64,000 bases of DNA from positions 42,874 to 106,873 of the forward strand of contig CAZWSC010000078.1 in NCBI GenBank assembly GCA_964636385.1, read 5' to 3'. Below, piece after piece: positions 45,608-55,940 of this stretch. Numbering within the stretch: the first letter of the stretch is position 1; each line of letters opens with the position of its first letter. This DNA comes from an uncultured bacterium (GTDB lineage: Bacteria > Eisenbacteria > RBG-16-71-46 > CAIMUX01). The notes beneath the pieces were generated by a model. The model saw only the letters and a list, made by a program, of their open reading frames with translations. It had not been told where the DNA came from and did no database searches. The translations under genes were made by a program, and so were the position numbers.

Positions 45608-46759
45608 GTGAAGGTTCTTCACCTTGACATGGGTCAGGAGTGGAGAGGGGGACAACAGCAGGTTCTCTATCTCACGGAGGGGCTCGAGAAGCGGGGCGTT
45701 GTCTCGGTGGCGGCGCTGGTTCAGGGCAGTCCCCTCGCGAAGAGGCTTCGCGATGAGGATCTTCCGCTGATCGAGCTGCCGGGAGGATCGCCATTCTCAC
45801 CGCGCGTGGTCAGGGCGCTGCACAGGATCCTGGCCGACCGCAACTGGGACGTCATCCACACTCATACGGCCCATGCGCACACACTGGCGCACCTGGCCTT
45901 CCGTCTGCCGCCCGCGCGCCCGTATCACAAGCCTGCGCTCTTCGTCTCGCGACGCGTCGATTTCGTGCCGGCGCGGGATCCCCTGACCCGCCTGAAGTAC
46001 TCCGCTCCGGACCAGCACTTCATCTGCGTGTCCGATGCGATCCGCAGGGTTCTTCACTCCTACGGCGTGCCCGGGGCATTCCTCCACGTGGTGCACTCCG
46101 GCGTGCCGATTCCGGGGTGCCGGAGGGAAGACGATCCACTTCCATCCGAGATCGATCCGTCCTTGCGGATGACTGAGCGGTGCGATCTGCGTGCGGAGCT
46201 TGGCGTCCCGAAGGATGCGGTTCTCCTGGGGAACATTGCCCAGTTCGTGGAGCACAAGGGTCACAGGTTCCTGCTCTCGGCAATGGGTAAGGTCCATTGC
46301 GAGATTCCCTCGGTACATCTGGTGCTTCTCGGTTCCGGCAAGCTGGAGAGGGATCTTCGCAGGCAGGCGGCGGAGCTCGGGCTGGGCGACGCGCTTACCT
46401 TCGCCGGGTTCCGGCCCCAGGTCAGGAGGTACCTTCCGGCAATGGATCTGTTCGTGCTGTCCTCCGTGGAGGAAGGGCTCTGCACATCGCTCCTCGACGC
46501 CCAGGCGGTCGGGCTGCCCGTGGTTGGGACAGAGGCCGGGGGGATTCCGGAGGCGATCAGCGCGGGACACACCGGCCTCCTGGCCCGCACAAGGGATTCG
46601 GACAGTCTGGCCGACGCGATCCTGGAGCTGCTTCGCTCTCCCGACACGCTGCAGAGCATGTCGCGCTCCGGACCGGGCTGGGTGAGGGAGCGGTTCTCAG
46701 TGGACCAGATGGTGGACGGGACACTCGCCGTCTACAGGGAAGTGCTCGGGGCGGGCTGA
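45608..46759 (+). CDS. Glycosyltransferase family 4 (GT-B, retaining)
   Basis: EEGLCTSLLDAQAVGLPVVGTEAGGIPE (EX7E-type GT4 motif). GTG start with GGGAGG 5 nt upstream. Confidence 0.8.
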   Translation: MKVLHLDMGQEWRGGQQQVLYLTEGLEKRGVVSVAALVQGSPLAKRLRDEDLPLIELPGGSPFSPRVVRALHRILADRNWDVIHTHTAHAHTLAHLAFRLPPARPYHKPALFVSRRVDFVPARDPLTRLKYSAPDQHFICVSDAIRRVLHSYGVPGAFLHVVHSGVPIPGCRREDDPLPSEIDPSLRMTERCDLRAELGVPKDAVLLGNIAQFVEHKGHRFLLSAMGKVHCEIPSVHLVLLGSGKLERDLRRQAAELGLGDALTFAGFRPQVRRYLPAMDLFVLSSVEEGLCTSLLDAQAVGLPVVGTEAGGIPEAISAGHTGLLARTRDSDSLADAILELLRSPDTLQSMSRSGPGWVRERFSVDQMVDGTLAVYREVLGAG

Positions 46760-46848
46760 CTCACCGCTGCGGGGGGACGATCGGTGGCGGATGCCTGCCT
46801 CCCGCATGCCCTGGCGATCCGGTGCAGCGCAATCCGCGGTCCAGGGAA

Positions 46849-47367
46849 TCAGCCGCCCTTTTCCTTGCCGGACTCCAGGAGCTTCCTGTATGCATTAACC
46901 GCGAGCTGGTCGCAGCGCTCGTTCTCCTCGTGCCCTGCATGGCCGCGGATCCACTCGAACTGCATCCTGTGAATCCCGGAGAGGCGGCTCAGTTCCTCCC
47001 ACAACTCCCTGTTCTTGACGGGCTTCCTGTCTGCGGTTTTCCAGCCGTTGCGCCGCCAGGAATGGATCCAGCTCTTCATTCCGTCGACGACGTAGCGCGA
47101 GTCGGTAACGACGCGCACCCTGCAGGGCCTCTTCAGCCTGCGGAGCCCCTCGATGACCGCGATCATCTCCATCCGGTTGTTGGTCGTGTCGGGATCGGAC
47201 CCCGAGAGCTCCACCCTCCTGCCGGAATCGCGGCTGATCAGAATCGTGCCCCATCCGCCTGGCCCCGGGTTTCCCGTGCAGGCGCCGTCGGCGTACAGTG
47301 CCACCTCTGCAGCCTCAGCAGTTCCGCCGTCGGCGCCCTTCGGGCCGGCATTGTCTCTCGAGCGCAT
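46849..47367 (-). CDS. rnhA: Ribonuclease HI
   Basis: LYADGACTGNPGPGGWG, TNNRMEM and ...DSRYVVDGMKSWIHSWRRNGW...ENERCDQLA are canonical RNase H motifs (DEDD). Confidence 0.85.
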   Translation of the reverse strand: MRSRDNAGPKGADGGTAEAAEVALYADGACTGNPGPGGWGTILISRDSGRRVELSGSDPDTTNNRMEMIAVIEGLRRLKRPCRVRVVTDSRYVVDGMKSWIHSWRRNGWKTADRKPVKNRELWEELSRLSGIHRMQFEWIRGHAGHEENERCDQLAVNAYRKLLESGKEKGG

Positions 47368-47437
47368 TCTTCCGCCATCTCCCGTCGTCCGCACAGCCGC
47401 TGCCGTCAGTGTGCCGGCAGCGGATGGGCGGAGATCC

Positions 47438-48814
47438 CTACAGGGTGAAGCTGAAGTCCTTCACCAGTGCACCGGGCAGCCGCATGCTGTCGGTCGACCT
47501 GCCGAAGTAGGTGTCCGGTGCCAGGATCATCTCCCGCTCCCGCGTGAGACCCAGCAGATTCTCGCCGAGGACGCGGTAGGCAGTCTCGTCGAAGCGCATC
47601 ACGTTCAGAGGCGCCTTGATCACGCCGTTCTCCACCCAGAAGCAGGCGAAGCGGGTCATCCCGGTGATGCGGCATGCAGGGACGTCGGAGTAGTTCAGGT
47701 AGTGCAGGTTGTTCACGTAGAGGCCCGTACCCAGCTCCTCAAGAATCCCCGCCTGCTCCATCTCTCCGCCGGCCATGTCGATCGACTCCGGGATCTCCCA
47801 CTCCACAGCCCCGTTCGTTTCCACGCCGAACTCCTTTGCCGAGCGTGGGGAGACCAGGCAGTCCTTGTAGGCCCCCTTGTCGATCAGAACCACCTGGTCG
47901 GGTCGGAGGAACCCCTTGGACTGGAAGTTCGGCGCGACGCCTTCCTTCGTGTTCTCCAGGAGAGTCACCAGTGGATTCAGGGTGCGGCCGTCCTCAACCA
48001 TCTTGATCAGGGAGGTCTGCTTGGTACGGTGCGCCTTCAGCCCGAAGCCGCCCCAGCAGACAGTGCCTACGAAGTCGGCCAGGGCCGACGGGGCGAGGTA
48101 TACCCGGTACTTCCCCGGCTCGATCGTCGCGGCCGGCCCGGCAAGAATCGCCAGTTGTTCGCGGGCGGAAGCGAGCTTGGCGGCGAACTCCCGGGGATCC
48201 CAGCGGAAGCCGGCGTATCCGCACTTCACGGCCTTGTCGGCCTCGTGGTAGACGCTCCAGTCCAGGTTGAATGTATAACTGGAGAACCAGCTGCGCTGGC
48301 CCAGCGAGTTGGCGAAGCCGCGGTAGATCCCACCGGATGCCCAGAGGCCCACGACGTCGAGGTCCTTCGCCTGGTCCAGCACCGATGCCATCGTTTCCGG
48401 AGCATCGGGGAGCTCGTTGGTCCCGTGCTGTTCCGACGATCGGACCTCTGTGGCGTACAGCAGATGCGGATCCTCGGGCAGATGCGGGAGTTTCTCGCGG
48501 AGCGATGCGATAAGGGTGTCGATACGCCCCCTGTCGGCGGCAGGATCGCCCGAGAGGGTGATCCCGCCGGCTGCGTGCCGGGCACCGTCTATAAGGTCGA
48601 TCCCGATATCCTTCTGTATAACCGAGCCCGCCTGGCGCACGGAGGCCTTGTTGAAGCGCACGAAATCGGAGTCCTCCGCCTCGAACTGCGAGGTGAAGAC
48701 CTCGCTCCCCTTCAGCTGCCCGGTCATGTGGTCGGCGAGTTCGCAGAAGTACTCCTGCATGGAGGCGCCGGCCCGTGCGGCCGCCCTGTCGGTTCCTGTC
48801 GTGCCTGGATTCAT
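47438..48814 (-). CDS. pmbA: PmbA/TldE-family metalloprotease subunit
   Basis: TldD/PmbA-fold homology. Lacks the HExxxH of TldD. 3-nt gap to the upstream tldD. Confidence 0.8.
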   Translation of the reverse strand: MNPGTTGTDRAAARAGASMQEYFCELADHMTGQLKGSEVFTSQFEAEDSDFVRFNKASVRQAGSVIQKDIGIDLIDGARHAAGGITLSGDPAADRGRIDTLIASLREKLPHLPEDPHLLYATEVRSSEQHGTNELPDAPETMASVLDQAKDLDVVGLWASGGIYRGFANSLGQRSWFSSYTFNLDWSVYHEADKAVKCGYAGFRWDPREFAAKLASAREQLAILAGPAATIEPGKYRVYLAPSALADFVGTVCWGGFGLKAHRTKQTSLIKMVEDGRTLNPLVTLLENTKEGVAPNFQSKGFLRPDQVVLIDKGAYKDCLVSPRSAKEFGVETNGAVEWEIPESIDMAGGEMEQAGILEELGTGLYVNNLHYLNYSDVPACRITGMTRFACFWVENGVIKAPLNVMRFDETAYRVLGENLLGLTREREMILAPDTYFGRSTDSMRLPGALVKDFSFTL

Positions 48815-48817
48815 CGA

Positions 48818-50251
48818 TTACTCCCCTCCGAAGACGTCCACGTTGGTGAAGAGACAGGCGGGCGACGCATGCCCTACCCGTACCACCTGATTCGGCTCAC
48901 CCTTGCCGCAGTTCGGGGTGCCCATCAGCTCCCATGTGCTGCGGTTGCCGACCATCCTGAGGTTGCGCCAGAAGGTGGCAGAGATACCCCGGTAATTGGG
49001 CTTCTTGACGAGGTGGGTCAGCTTTCCGTTCTCGATCATGCGGCCCCATTCCGTTCCGAACTGGAACTTGTTCCGCGAGTCGTCGATCGACCACGAGCAG
49101 TTGGTCTTTACGTAGATCCCCTTCCCGACCGCCGCGATCATCTCGTCCAGTGTCGAGTCGCCGGGCTCCAGGTTCAGGTTCGCCATCCTGTCGATGGGCG
49201 GGCGGTTCCAGCTCTGTGCGCGGGAGTTCGCCACACCGGGGAGCCCGGCGCGGGTCTGCGAGATCACACTCCCCATCGGCCGCTCCAGGATCCCCTTGCG
49301 GATGATGTACTCCTTCGCGGCCGGCACGCCGTCATCGTCCACCGAGAAGCTGACGAACTGGCCGGGGTGCGTGGGATCGTAGGTGACGTTGAGGAGATCG
49401 GATCCGTACCTGTAGCTGCCGAACATGTCCATTGTCACGAAGCTCGTTCCGGCGTAGTTCCGCTCGTCCCCGAGTATGCGGTCCAACTCCAGCGGGTGAC
49501 CTATGGATTCGTGGATCTGCAGGATCATCTGGTCCGGGGCGATCAGGATGTCCATCTCCCCGCCCGGGCAGTTCGGCGCCGAAAGCAGCTCCAGCGCCTC
49601 CTGGGCGATGCGCGGGGCGTCGGTCCGGAACCCGATCTCGTCCAGCACCTCCAGGCCGCCCTGCCGGCAGTATCCGCGGGCGCCCAGCGAGCGTGTCTGT
49701 GTCTCCGAGCCCTCGTTGGCCGTCGCACGCATGGAAGGGATCAGGAACTCGAACCTCTGGTGAGCCTTTCCACCGTCGAGGGTCAGGTAAAGGGTTTCGC
49801 TGCCGACGTGCATGAGGGAGGCATCCCAGTCGACGATTCGGTCGTCGATCTTCAGCCGCTCGCTCTCCTGTCGAAGCATGCCGATCTTGTCCGAGAGCGA
49901 TACCGACTCCCACGGCTTCCCGACCTGGCTCGTCCACTCTGCCTGCGGTTTCGGCATGGCCACCTTCCCGAAATCCACGACGGAACGCCCGGCAGTGCGC
50001 TGCGCCCACTCGAGGGCGCTTCCGGCGGCGCGCTTCAGTCCGGTTTCGGAGAGGTCTGATGTCGCCGCGTATCCCAGACCACCGCCATGTATCACGGTTA
50101 TCATGGCCCCCTCATCCCCGGCGGTATGAACCGGCTGCAGGATGTTCTGGCGGACGCTGATCGCCTCGTATCGCTCGTTTACGTAACGCAGTGAGACGAA
50201 ATCCGCCTTGGGGGCTGTGCGGCGGAAGCGTTCCTCAATTCTGTCTGGCAT
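48818..50251 (-). CDS. tldD: TldD-family metalloprotease
   Basis: HESIGHPLELDRILGDE (HExxxH...E). GMSNT-like motifs. Adjacent to pmbA. Confidence 0.85.
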   Translation of the reverse strand: MPDRIEERFRRTAPKADFVSLRYVNERYEAISVRQNILQPVHTAGDEGAMITVIHGGGLGYAATSDLSETGLKRAAGSALEWAQRTAGRSVVDFGKVAMPKPQAEWTSQVGKPWESVSLSDKIGMLRQESERLKIDDRIVDWDASLMHVGSETLYLTLDGGKAHQRFEFLIPSMRATANEGSETQTRSLGARGYCRQGGLEVLDEIGFRTDAPRIAQEALELLSAPNCPGGEMDILIAPDQMILQIHESIGHPLELDRILGDERNYAGTSFVTMDMFGSYRYGSDLLNVTYDPTHPGQFVSFSVDDDGVPAAKEYIIRKGILERPMGSVISQTRAGLPGVANSRAQSWNRPPIDRMANLNLEPGDSTLDEMIAAVGKGIYVKTNCSWSIDDSRNKFQFGTEWGRMIENGKLTHLVKKPNYRGISATFWRNLRMVGNRSTWELMGTPNCGKGEPNQVVRVGHASPACLFTNVDVFGGE

Positions 50252-50491
50252 ATGGTTCTCCTGAGACCGGATCCGACGGTACACTCACCCGGGGTCCTCC
50301 GCCAGGCGGGTCGTAAGATGGCCCGGTGGAGGGGAATCCGGCAGGCTTGGTCCGGCGTTCCGGCTTGGGGTTTCGGTTGTCCGGTGCGGGCCCGGCCGGG
50401 ACTGCGGAACGGACCAGCGTCACATACTCCGGTCAGTTTCCATTTCCGGGCGGCAAAACGCAAGCCCGGTAGCGGCACTTGTGGGAGCGAG

Positions 50492-51874
50492 TCAGAGCAG
50501 GCCGCCGGCGCGCAGGCCCTGTATCCACAGGGCGACAAGGAGGCACAGGAAGGCTATCCTTCTCGCCATCCCGACGCGGCCGAGGAGCGCGACTCCGGCG
50601 AGTCCCCGTCCGGCAAGCACGGCAATGAACGGCAGGCTCAGCAGGCGAGCGTCGCCCATGCGGCCAGTGACGACCCCGACGGCCATGATGCTCACGATCA
50701 GAAGCGCCAGTGCGCGCTCAATCCCTCCTGCTCCGCGCTGCAGCACCAGCCAGGAAAGCGCGAGGGTGAGGACCGTGCCGTAGAACAGGGCCTGGAACAG
50801 CCTGAACCAGTGCAACCTGTACGGGAACGGATCAGTTGAGCCAGAGTCGCTCATTGGTGAGAAGGCGAAGAATCGGGTAATGCGACTGGACCATACGGAC
50901 GCCAGTCTGCCGGGATGTGTGGCAGCGTATCCGAGGAAATCCTGGAACGCGATCCTGTTCTCTGTGAGGACCATGTTGTCAGGAGCCCTGGCTTCTGCTC
51001 CCGGCAGGGAGTACCTGGCGACCGGCATGTCCGGGACGTTGGCAGCCCGCAGCCTGAGGCCCCATGTGCTCTCCACAAAGACTGGGTGGCCGTGCAGCCT
51101 TGAGGAACGAACGGTCCAGGGGGCGATTACGCAGAAGGCGGCGATAAGCAGGAAGCCGCGGCGCATCCACAGGTCCAGGCAGTTGCCGATCCGGAATGGT
51201 GCGTGACGGCCGATGCGGTGGATCCCGATGTGGGGTTCATCTGCATAGTCGTGAATCCCTCTGACGGCGATCAGGACCAGGACTGGGAAGATGAGGCCAG
51301 TACGCCCGAGGATCGAGCACCCGAGCAGTGCGCCGGCCATAAGGCTCTCCCCGATCCCCGGGATTCCTGGACGGCGGAACCAGGCCAGTACACCAATCGA
51401 CAGCATCAGGCCCAGAATGAGCACCGGCGTAAGGTGCCGGGTTTCGGCCACGGCCTGCGGGAAGAAGGCGATGATGAGGCCGGCCAGAAGGGCGTCACGT
51501 CGCTGAAGCCCGGCGATCCGGGCCAGGGCAACAACCGGCACCACGAGCAGCGATCCGATCAGGGCCTGGGACAGGAGAACGGTGTGGGGGGTATAGCCAT
51601 AGATCCTGTAGAGGATCCCGAGGAAGTACGGGTAGAGCGGGGGAATGCTGGACGAAGGACCAAAGCCGAGTCCGGATGCGATACGCAGGGCATAGCTGTC
51701 AATGACCTGGCCATCTCCGGGGAACGGTGGTGAGTGTTGCAGCACGGCCCACAGACGTACGGCAAGGGCCAGGATCACTAGAAGGAGCACATGGATATCC
51801 CGGGGTGCGCTGTAACCTGCTCCAGACCCGGCAGTGCTGTCTCCATCTCCGACGCTGTTCAACTCATCCCGCAT
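50492..51874 (-). CDS. GT-C fold glycosyltransferase, ArnT/PMT (GT39/GT83)-like membrane protein
   Basis: ~11 TM helices with an N-terminal periplasmic loop, characteristic of ArnT/PMT-like enzymes. ATG at 51874. Confidence 0.55.
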   Translation of the reverse strand: MRDELNSVGDGDSTAGSGAGYSAPRDIHVLLLVILALAVRLWAVLQHSPPFPGDGQVIDSYALRIASGLGFGPSSSIPPLYPYFLGILYRIYGYTPHTVLLSQALIGSLLVVPVVALARIAGLQRRDALLAGLIIAFFPQAVAETRHLTPVLILGLMLSIGVLAWFRRPGIPGIGESLMAGALLGCSILGRTGLIFPVLVLIAVRGIHDYADEPHIGIHRIGRHAPFRIGNCLDLWMRRGFLLIAAFCVIAPWTVRSSRLHGHPVFVESTWGLRLRAANVPDMPVARYSLPGAEARAPDNMVLTENRIAFQDFLGYAATHPGRLASVWSSRITRFFAFSPMSDSGSTDPFPYRLHWFRLFQALFYGTVLTLALSWLVLQRGAGGIERALALLIVSIMAVGVVTGRMGDARLLSLPFIAVLAGRGLAGVALLGRVGMARRIAFLCLLVALWIQGLRAGGLL

Positions 51875-52026
51875 CACGGCCGATTCTACCGGCCCCCCGG
51901 ACCCGGCGAAAGCGGGTAAGCCAGGGGGCAGGCCGGTCGTCCGATTAGGTAGATCCGTCGGGGATGCAGAAGGGGCGGCGATAGGACCGCCGCCCCTCTT
52001 GTCCTGGCTGGATGAAGCGTCAGGGG

Positions 52027-54642
52027 TTACCGCACCCTGAGCAGCCTCACACTCTCCGCCTTGTCCCCTGCCGTCAACCGCGCGAAGTAGACGCCGGTGG
52101 CGACAGAGTTGCCGGCGGCATCCCGTCCGTCCCATGACACCTGATGCGTACCGGCGGGCAGTTCGCCCTCGGAGAGGACGCGAATCTGCCGCCCTGTGGC
52201 GTCATACACCACAACCGAGGCGTCCCGGGCCTCCGGCAGCCCGAAGCGCAGGGTCGTGGATGTGGAGAAAGGATTCGGCTGAGCGGCTTCCAGGCTGACT
52301 ACGGCAGGAACTCCACCGCGGTCCGGCACGCTGCTGGACTCGAACACCGTCAGCCGGATCTGGAGGTGGTCATTCTGGCGCGGGTTGTAGGAGTTCTTCA
52401 GGGTGCCCCGGTAGTTGCCGTCCTCCAGGCCGTGCGAGGAGAAGGTCAGCTGGATGTCCATGCTCTCGCCTTCCGGGATGGAGCCGCTTGAGGGCTCGAA
52501 CGAGAACCAGGAGTCGCTCCCGAAGGTGATGAAGCTGAGGTCGAACTCGAGAACCGATCCGGGATCACCGACGTTGGTGATGGTCAGTGTATCGTGGTGA
52601 ACCGTCATCCCCGGAATGGTGATCTCGAAGACCTCCTCGTTGTACATGGCCGAAGGAACCAGGTCATAGTCGACCAGAATCGTGCTCAGGTAGGGAACTC
52701 TGTTGTAGGCGGTCACGACGAGGTCGATCTCCTCGCCCTCCTGCAGTTCGCCCGTGATCTCGATGACTGCATTGCCGCCGGCATCGGTGAAGCCGGAGCC
52801 GAGGTACATCCCGTTGTAGCTGAGTGCGCAGAGCGCGTCGGCGATGCCGGGTACCTGCAGCGAGTAGGTGGAGGCCTCCGGATCGACGAAGTCTTCGTAG
52901 ACGACCGTCATCGGCTCGGCCGGCTTGTTGCGGAAGCGCAGGGCCGGGTCGCCGAAAAGAGTCCATGCCCGGAACTCGCTTATGCCGGAGCTTCCGTAGA
53001 TATCCATCATCCAGGAGGAACCGTTGAAGCAGATGGAGCCGTAGGTGCGGGCGACATCATCGTAGATCAGCCGGTTGAACTCGATCTGGCCGGCCATCGG
53101 CGGATTCCAGGACATGTTGATGGTGGACGCGTACATGCCTGTCGCGCCCGTGGGCTGGCCGTTGTGGGAGGCGCGCAGCCAGGTCTCGGCGAAACAGGTT
53201 GAATTGGCGAAGTTGCCGTTAACGCAGGCCACGCTGCAGATAATCGGCAGCATGTGTGTGTTTTGAAGGGCGTTTACGTGCGAGTTCGAGAAGCCGGTGG
53301 TCGACCAGCTGGTCGTACTGCCGTGGCCGGTGTAGTTGATGATGGAACGACCGTCGTGCAGAGCGGCCGTTACCTGGCTGGCGGTCGCGCCATATCCGTA
53401 GAACTGATCGATGTGAGTGTATCCGTAGGCCAGCAGGTGGGAGCGGATGAGGTCGACGTGCTGGTGATCGTACAGGCCACCATGGCCCGGTCCCTCGGTC
53501 GAGGCGATCCCGGTGCCCTTCGGGTACCAGTCGTTGCCGGCCAGGAGCGGCTCCTTCTCGTAGTTGACGGTGCGCAGGACCTGGGTCTGCACGTGCGAGA
53601 CGTTCTCGGAACTGAAACGGCCGACGAAGATGTCGGGGTAGCTGTCGCTGCCGGCAAGCAGTGAATAGCTTGGATCCGAGGCAACCGAGCCGACATACAT
53701 CGGCGGGATCTGAGGGGCATCCCCGACCAGCAGCACAAACCCGAGGCGCGGGTCACTCGACTGATCATAGAGATTCTGGATGTAGGCCTTGATCTGATTG
53801 GAGGTGGAGCCGATCTGAGACTTGAGCACCAGTTCGGTGGGGATACCCATCTGGTTACGCCACTCCACCAGAGGCTGCATGGCGCTTTCGAAGCCGTCGA
53901 AGCAGACGATCAGCATCTTGCCGACCTCGGACACCAGCTGATAACGGAGGTTCGCGCCGTAGTTAAGAAAGCGCTCCCGGTAGATGTCGGCGAACTCGGG
54001 CATGACGCTCACGAGGTCGGAGGCGCGCTCGAGTGCGTTGATCCTGGCAGGTCCGCCGGCAACGAGCTCGACCAGCATGTGCGTGCAGACATCCAGGGTG
54101 CCGGTCGACGGCGTGTAGCGGATCGGGTTGAACACGACCGTCTGGCCCCGGAAGTCGCGCAGGATGTATGGATCGCGGGTGAAGGCTTCATCCGCGGGGA
54201 ATGTCCCGGACGAGTTGTAGAACTCGCCGAAAGCATAGGGCACGGTCTCGGGATCGACAGAGCGGAGCAGGTTCCCCTTCGAGGGCACAGGGATGATGCC
54301 GTCAAAGGTGGTGTACTCCGTCGATATGACCCGCAGCTCCATCTCCCGATCCTCAGGGATAATCACACTCCCCGCCGCCAGGGGCAGCTCGGGGAGTCCC
54401 TCCTCGAGGTGCAGGCCCTGGCCAGGCAGGCTGATCCGGGCATACGTGGCTCCATCGATGACAACGTCGGTCATCTCGAATCCGTCCACCCGCAACTCGA
54501 GCACTATCCGGTCAGGAGTAGATTCGACCAATGACACGACTGCCCCGTCCCGCCCTCCGAGGCTGACCCAGGTCGCGAGCGCCGGAGCGGCCGCGATGAG
54601 AATGCCGAGGACCAGGATGATCGAGGTCGAAAGCTTCTTCAT
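52027..54642 (-). CDS. Secreted peptidase C25 (gingipain-like) with a T9SS C-terminal sorting domain
   Basis: Signal MKKLSTSIILVLGILIAAAPALA. Gingipain propeptide-like N-domain. Catalytic YTGHGS (His) and ICSVACVNGNF (Cys). CTD PNPFSTSTTLRFGLPE...VSWDGRDAAGNSVATGVYFARL...LLRVR. Confidence 0.8.
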   Translation of the reverse strand: MKKLSTSIILVLGILIAAAPALATWVSLGGRDGAVVSLVESTPDRIVLELRVDGFEMTDVVIDGATYARISLPGQGLHLEEGLPELPLAAGSVIIPEDREMELRVISTEYTTFDGIIPVPSKGNLLRSVDPETVPYAFGEFYNSSGTFPADEAFTRDPYILRDFRGQTVVFNPIRYTPSTGTLDVCTHMLVELVAGGPARINALERASDLVSVMPEFADIYRERFLNYGANLRYQLVSEVGKMLIVCFDGFESAMQPLVEWRNQMGIPTELVLKSQIGSTSNQIKAYIQNLYDQSSDPRLGFVLLVGDAPQIPPMYVGSVASDPSYSLLAGSDSYPDIFVGRFSSENVSHVQTQVLRTVNYEKEPLLAGNDWYPKGTGIASTEGPGHGGLYDHQHVDLIRSHLLAYGYTHIDQFYGYGATASQVTAALHDGRSIINYTGHGSTTSWSTTGFSNSHVNALQNTHMLPIICSVACVNGNFANSTCFAETWLRASHNGQPTGATGMYASTINMSWNPPMAGQIEFNRLIYDDVARTYGSICFNGSSWMMDIYGSSGISEFRAWTLFGDPALRFRNKPAEPMTVVYEDFVDPEASTYSLQVPGIADALCALSYNGMYLGSGFTDAGGNAVIEITGELQEGEEIDLVVTAYNRVPYLSTILVDYDLVPSAMYNEEVFEITIPGMTVHHDTLTITNVGDPGSVLEFDLSFITFGSDSWFSFEPSSGSIPEGESMDIQLTFSSHGLEDGNYRGTLKNSYNPRQNDHLQIRLTVFESSSVPDRGGVPAVVSLEAAQPNPFSTSTTLRFGLPEARDASVVVYDATGRQIRVLSEGELPAGTHQVSWDGRDAAGNSVATGVYFARLTAGDKAESVRLLRVR

Positions 54643-54775
54643 AGATCCATCCCCCAGTTCTGTGAATCTGACCTTTATCAGTTCTGCCGCACATCATTGC
54701 GCGGGCAAAGCCGTGCAGATGGCAGACATCACCCCCTACCTTGCGAGTGATGCCCTGCGAAGACACAGGTAAGCC

Positions 54776-54795
54776 TCGTCTATTATATCATTATT
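54776..54795 (-). promoter_or_regulatory. Candidate -10 element (TGATATAAT, extended -10-like) upstream of the C25 peptidase gene
   Basis: AT-rich island (plus-strand tattatatcattatt) in otherwise GC-rich DNA, ~135 nt upstream of the start codon at 54642. Confidence 0.2.
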
Positions 54796-54881
54796 CCCTG
54801 CGGGTTGGAAGTTCTTAGAGTGTGCGGATTGGCCATCACCCAGGGCGGAAACGGGATTGGGCCGTGGGGGCAGTGTGGTCT

Positions 54882-55874
54882 TCAGAAGGGTCCGTCGGTC
54901 CCGGTTGGTTCGAGATCCTCATCACCTTCCGGGAAGTCCAGCATCAGGGCATCGGCATCGTCCTGTGATGCCGCATCATTATGACTCCCTTCGGGATCCC
55001 CATCCGAGCCGTTGCCATCGACAACGTCTCCGACGCTTGCGAGCACGATCCTGTCCTCTGGGGGAGACCCCGGGTCGGGCCGCCGGTTGGTCACAGCGGT
55101 AGAGTAGCTGGACAGGACATGGAGCTGGTGCTCTATCTCCTTGATTTGTAACTGTTTGCGCCGAATATTCTTCTTCGTTTCCAGGATCCGGTCACGGAGT
55201 GACTCCGAACGTTCGGCATCTGCCCTGTGCCGTTGCCGTTCCTGCTCGAGTTCGCTCAGCAATTCCCTGATCGACTGTTGGGTTTCCGCGGGGGCCATCG
55301 TTAGCTGGCTCTGCATGATCCTGAGTCTCTGTGCTTCCCGCCTGTTCCTGGCCATGCGTTCGGCGAGGTCCCTCCCGACGTTGCAGGACTCCTGGAACGC
55401 CCGCTGAATCTCTTCGTAGTCCGCGCATACCCCGACCTGAATCGCCCGCTTCTGTCGCTGGAGTCTCTGCTTCAGGTGGGCCGGATCGCTGGACTCGATG
55501 ACTTCCAGGAGCAGATGTCTCATCGACTCGGGGTTCACTGGCTTGGCAAGGAATCCTTCTGGCGGGATCGGCAGCCTTCTGGCTGCCCTGATCCGCGCTG
55601 GAGTCGGAGATGCCGTCATCATGACTGCGGGCACGCTACACCAACGAGGGTGTGCCTCGAGCTGTTCCAGAAGGCAGATTCCATCCATGGATGGGAGCAT
55701 CACGTCCAGGAGCATCACGTCCGGAAGAGCGATCGATTCGAGTCCCTCGATGAGATGCATCGGATCGTTCAGCAGGGATGGCTCGAACGGGCCTGCGCTC
55801 AGGATCTTCCTGTACAGCCGCCCCTGGACGGGATCATCTTCGAGAATCAGAACACGGTGCCTTCTGGGAGCCAT
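54882..55874 (-). CDS. Orphan response-regulator receiver protein with a coiled-coil and an acidic C-terminal tail
   Basis: REC motifs (VLILEDD; LLDVMLP; MMTA; LAKP). Heptad-rich Gln/Arg/Glu region. Asp/Glu-rich C-terminus. No DNA-binding output domain. Confidence 0.7.
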   Translation of the reverse strand: MAPRRHRVLILEDDPVQGRLYRKILSAGPFEPSLLNDPMHLIEGLESIALPDVMLLDVMLPSMDGICLLEQLEAHPRWCSVPAVMMTASPTPARIRAARRLPIPPEGFLAKPVNPESMRHLLLEVIESSDPAHLKQRLQRQKRAIQVGVCADYEEIQRAFQESCNVGRDLAERMARNRREAQRLRIMQSQLTMAPAETQQSIRELLSELEQERQRHRADAERSESLRDRILETKKNIRRKQLQIKEIEHQLHVLSSYSTAVTNRRPDPGSPPEDRIVLASVGDVVDGNGSDGDPEGSHNDAASQDDADALMLDFPEGDEDLEPTGTDGPF

Positions 55875-55940
55875 TGTCGCGAAACCTCTCGTTCAGATGT
55901 ACAGCAGTCTGATCGGATCTCTGGTTCTGCATCCTGAGGA

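Noticed and set aside
47153-50059. 968-aa + strand ORF opposite pmbA and tldD
   Set aside because: Antisense to two strongly supported protease genes, with no domain signature. It is a GC-driven open frame.
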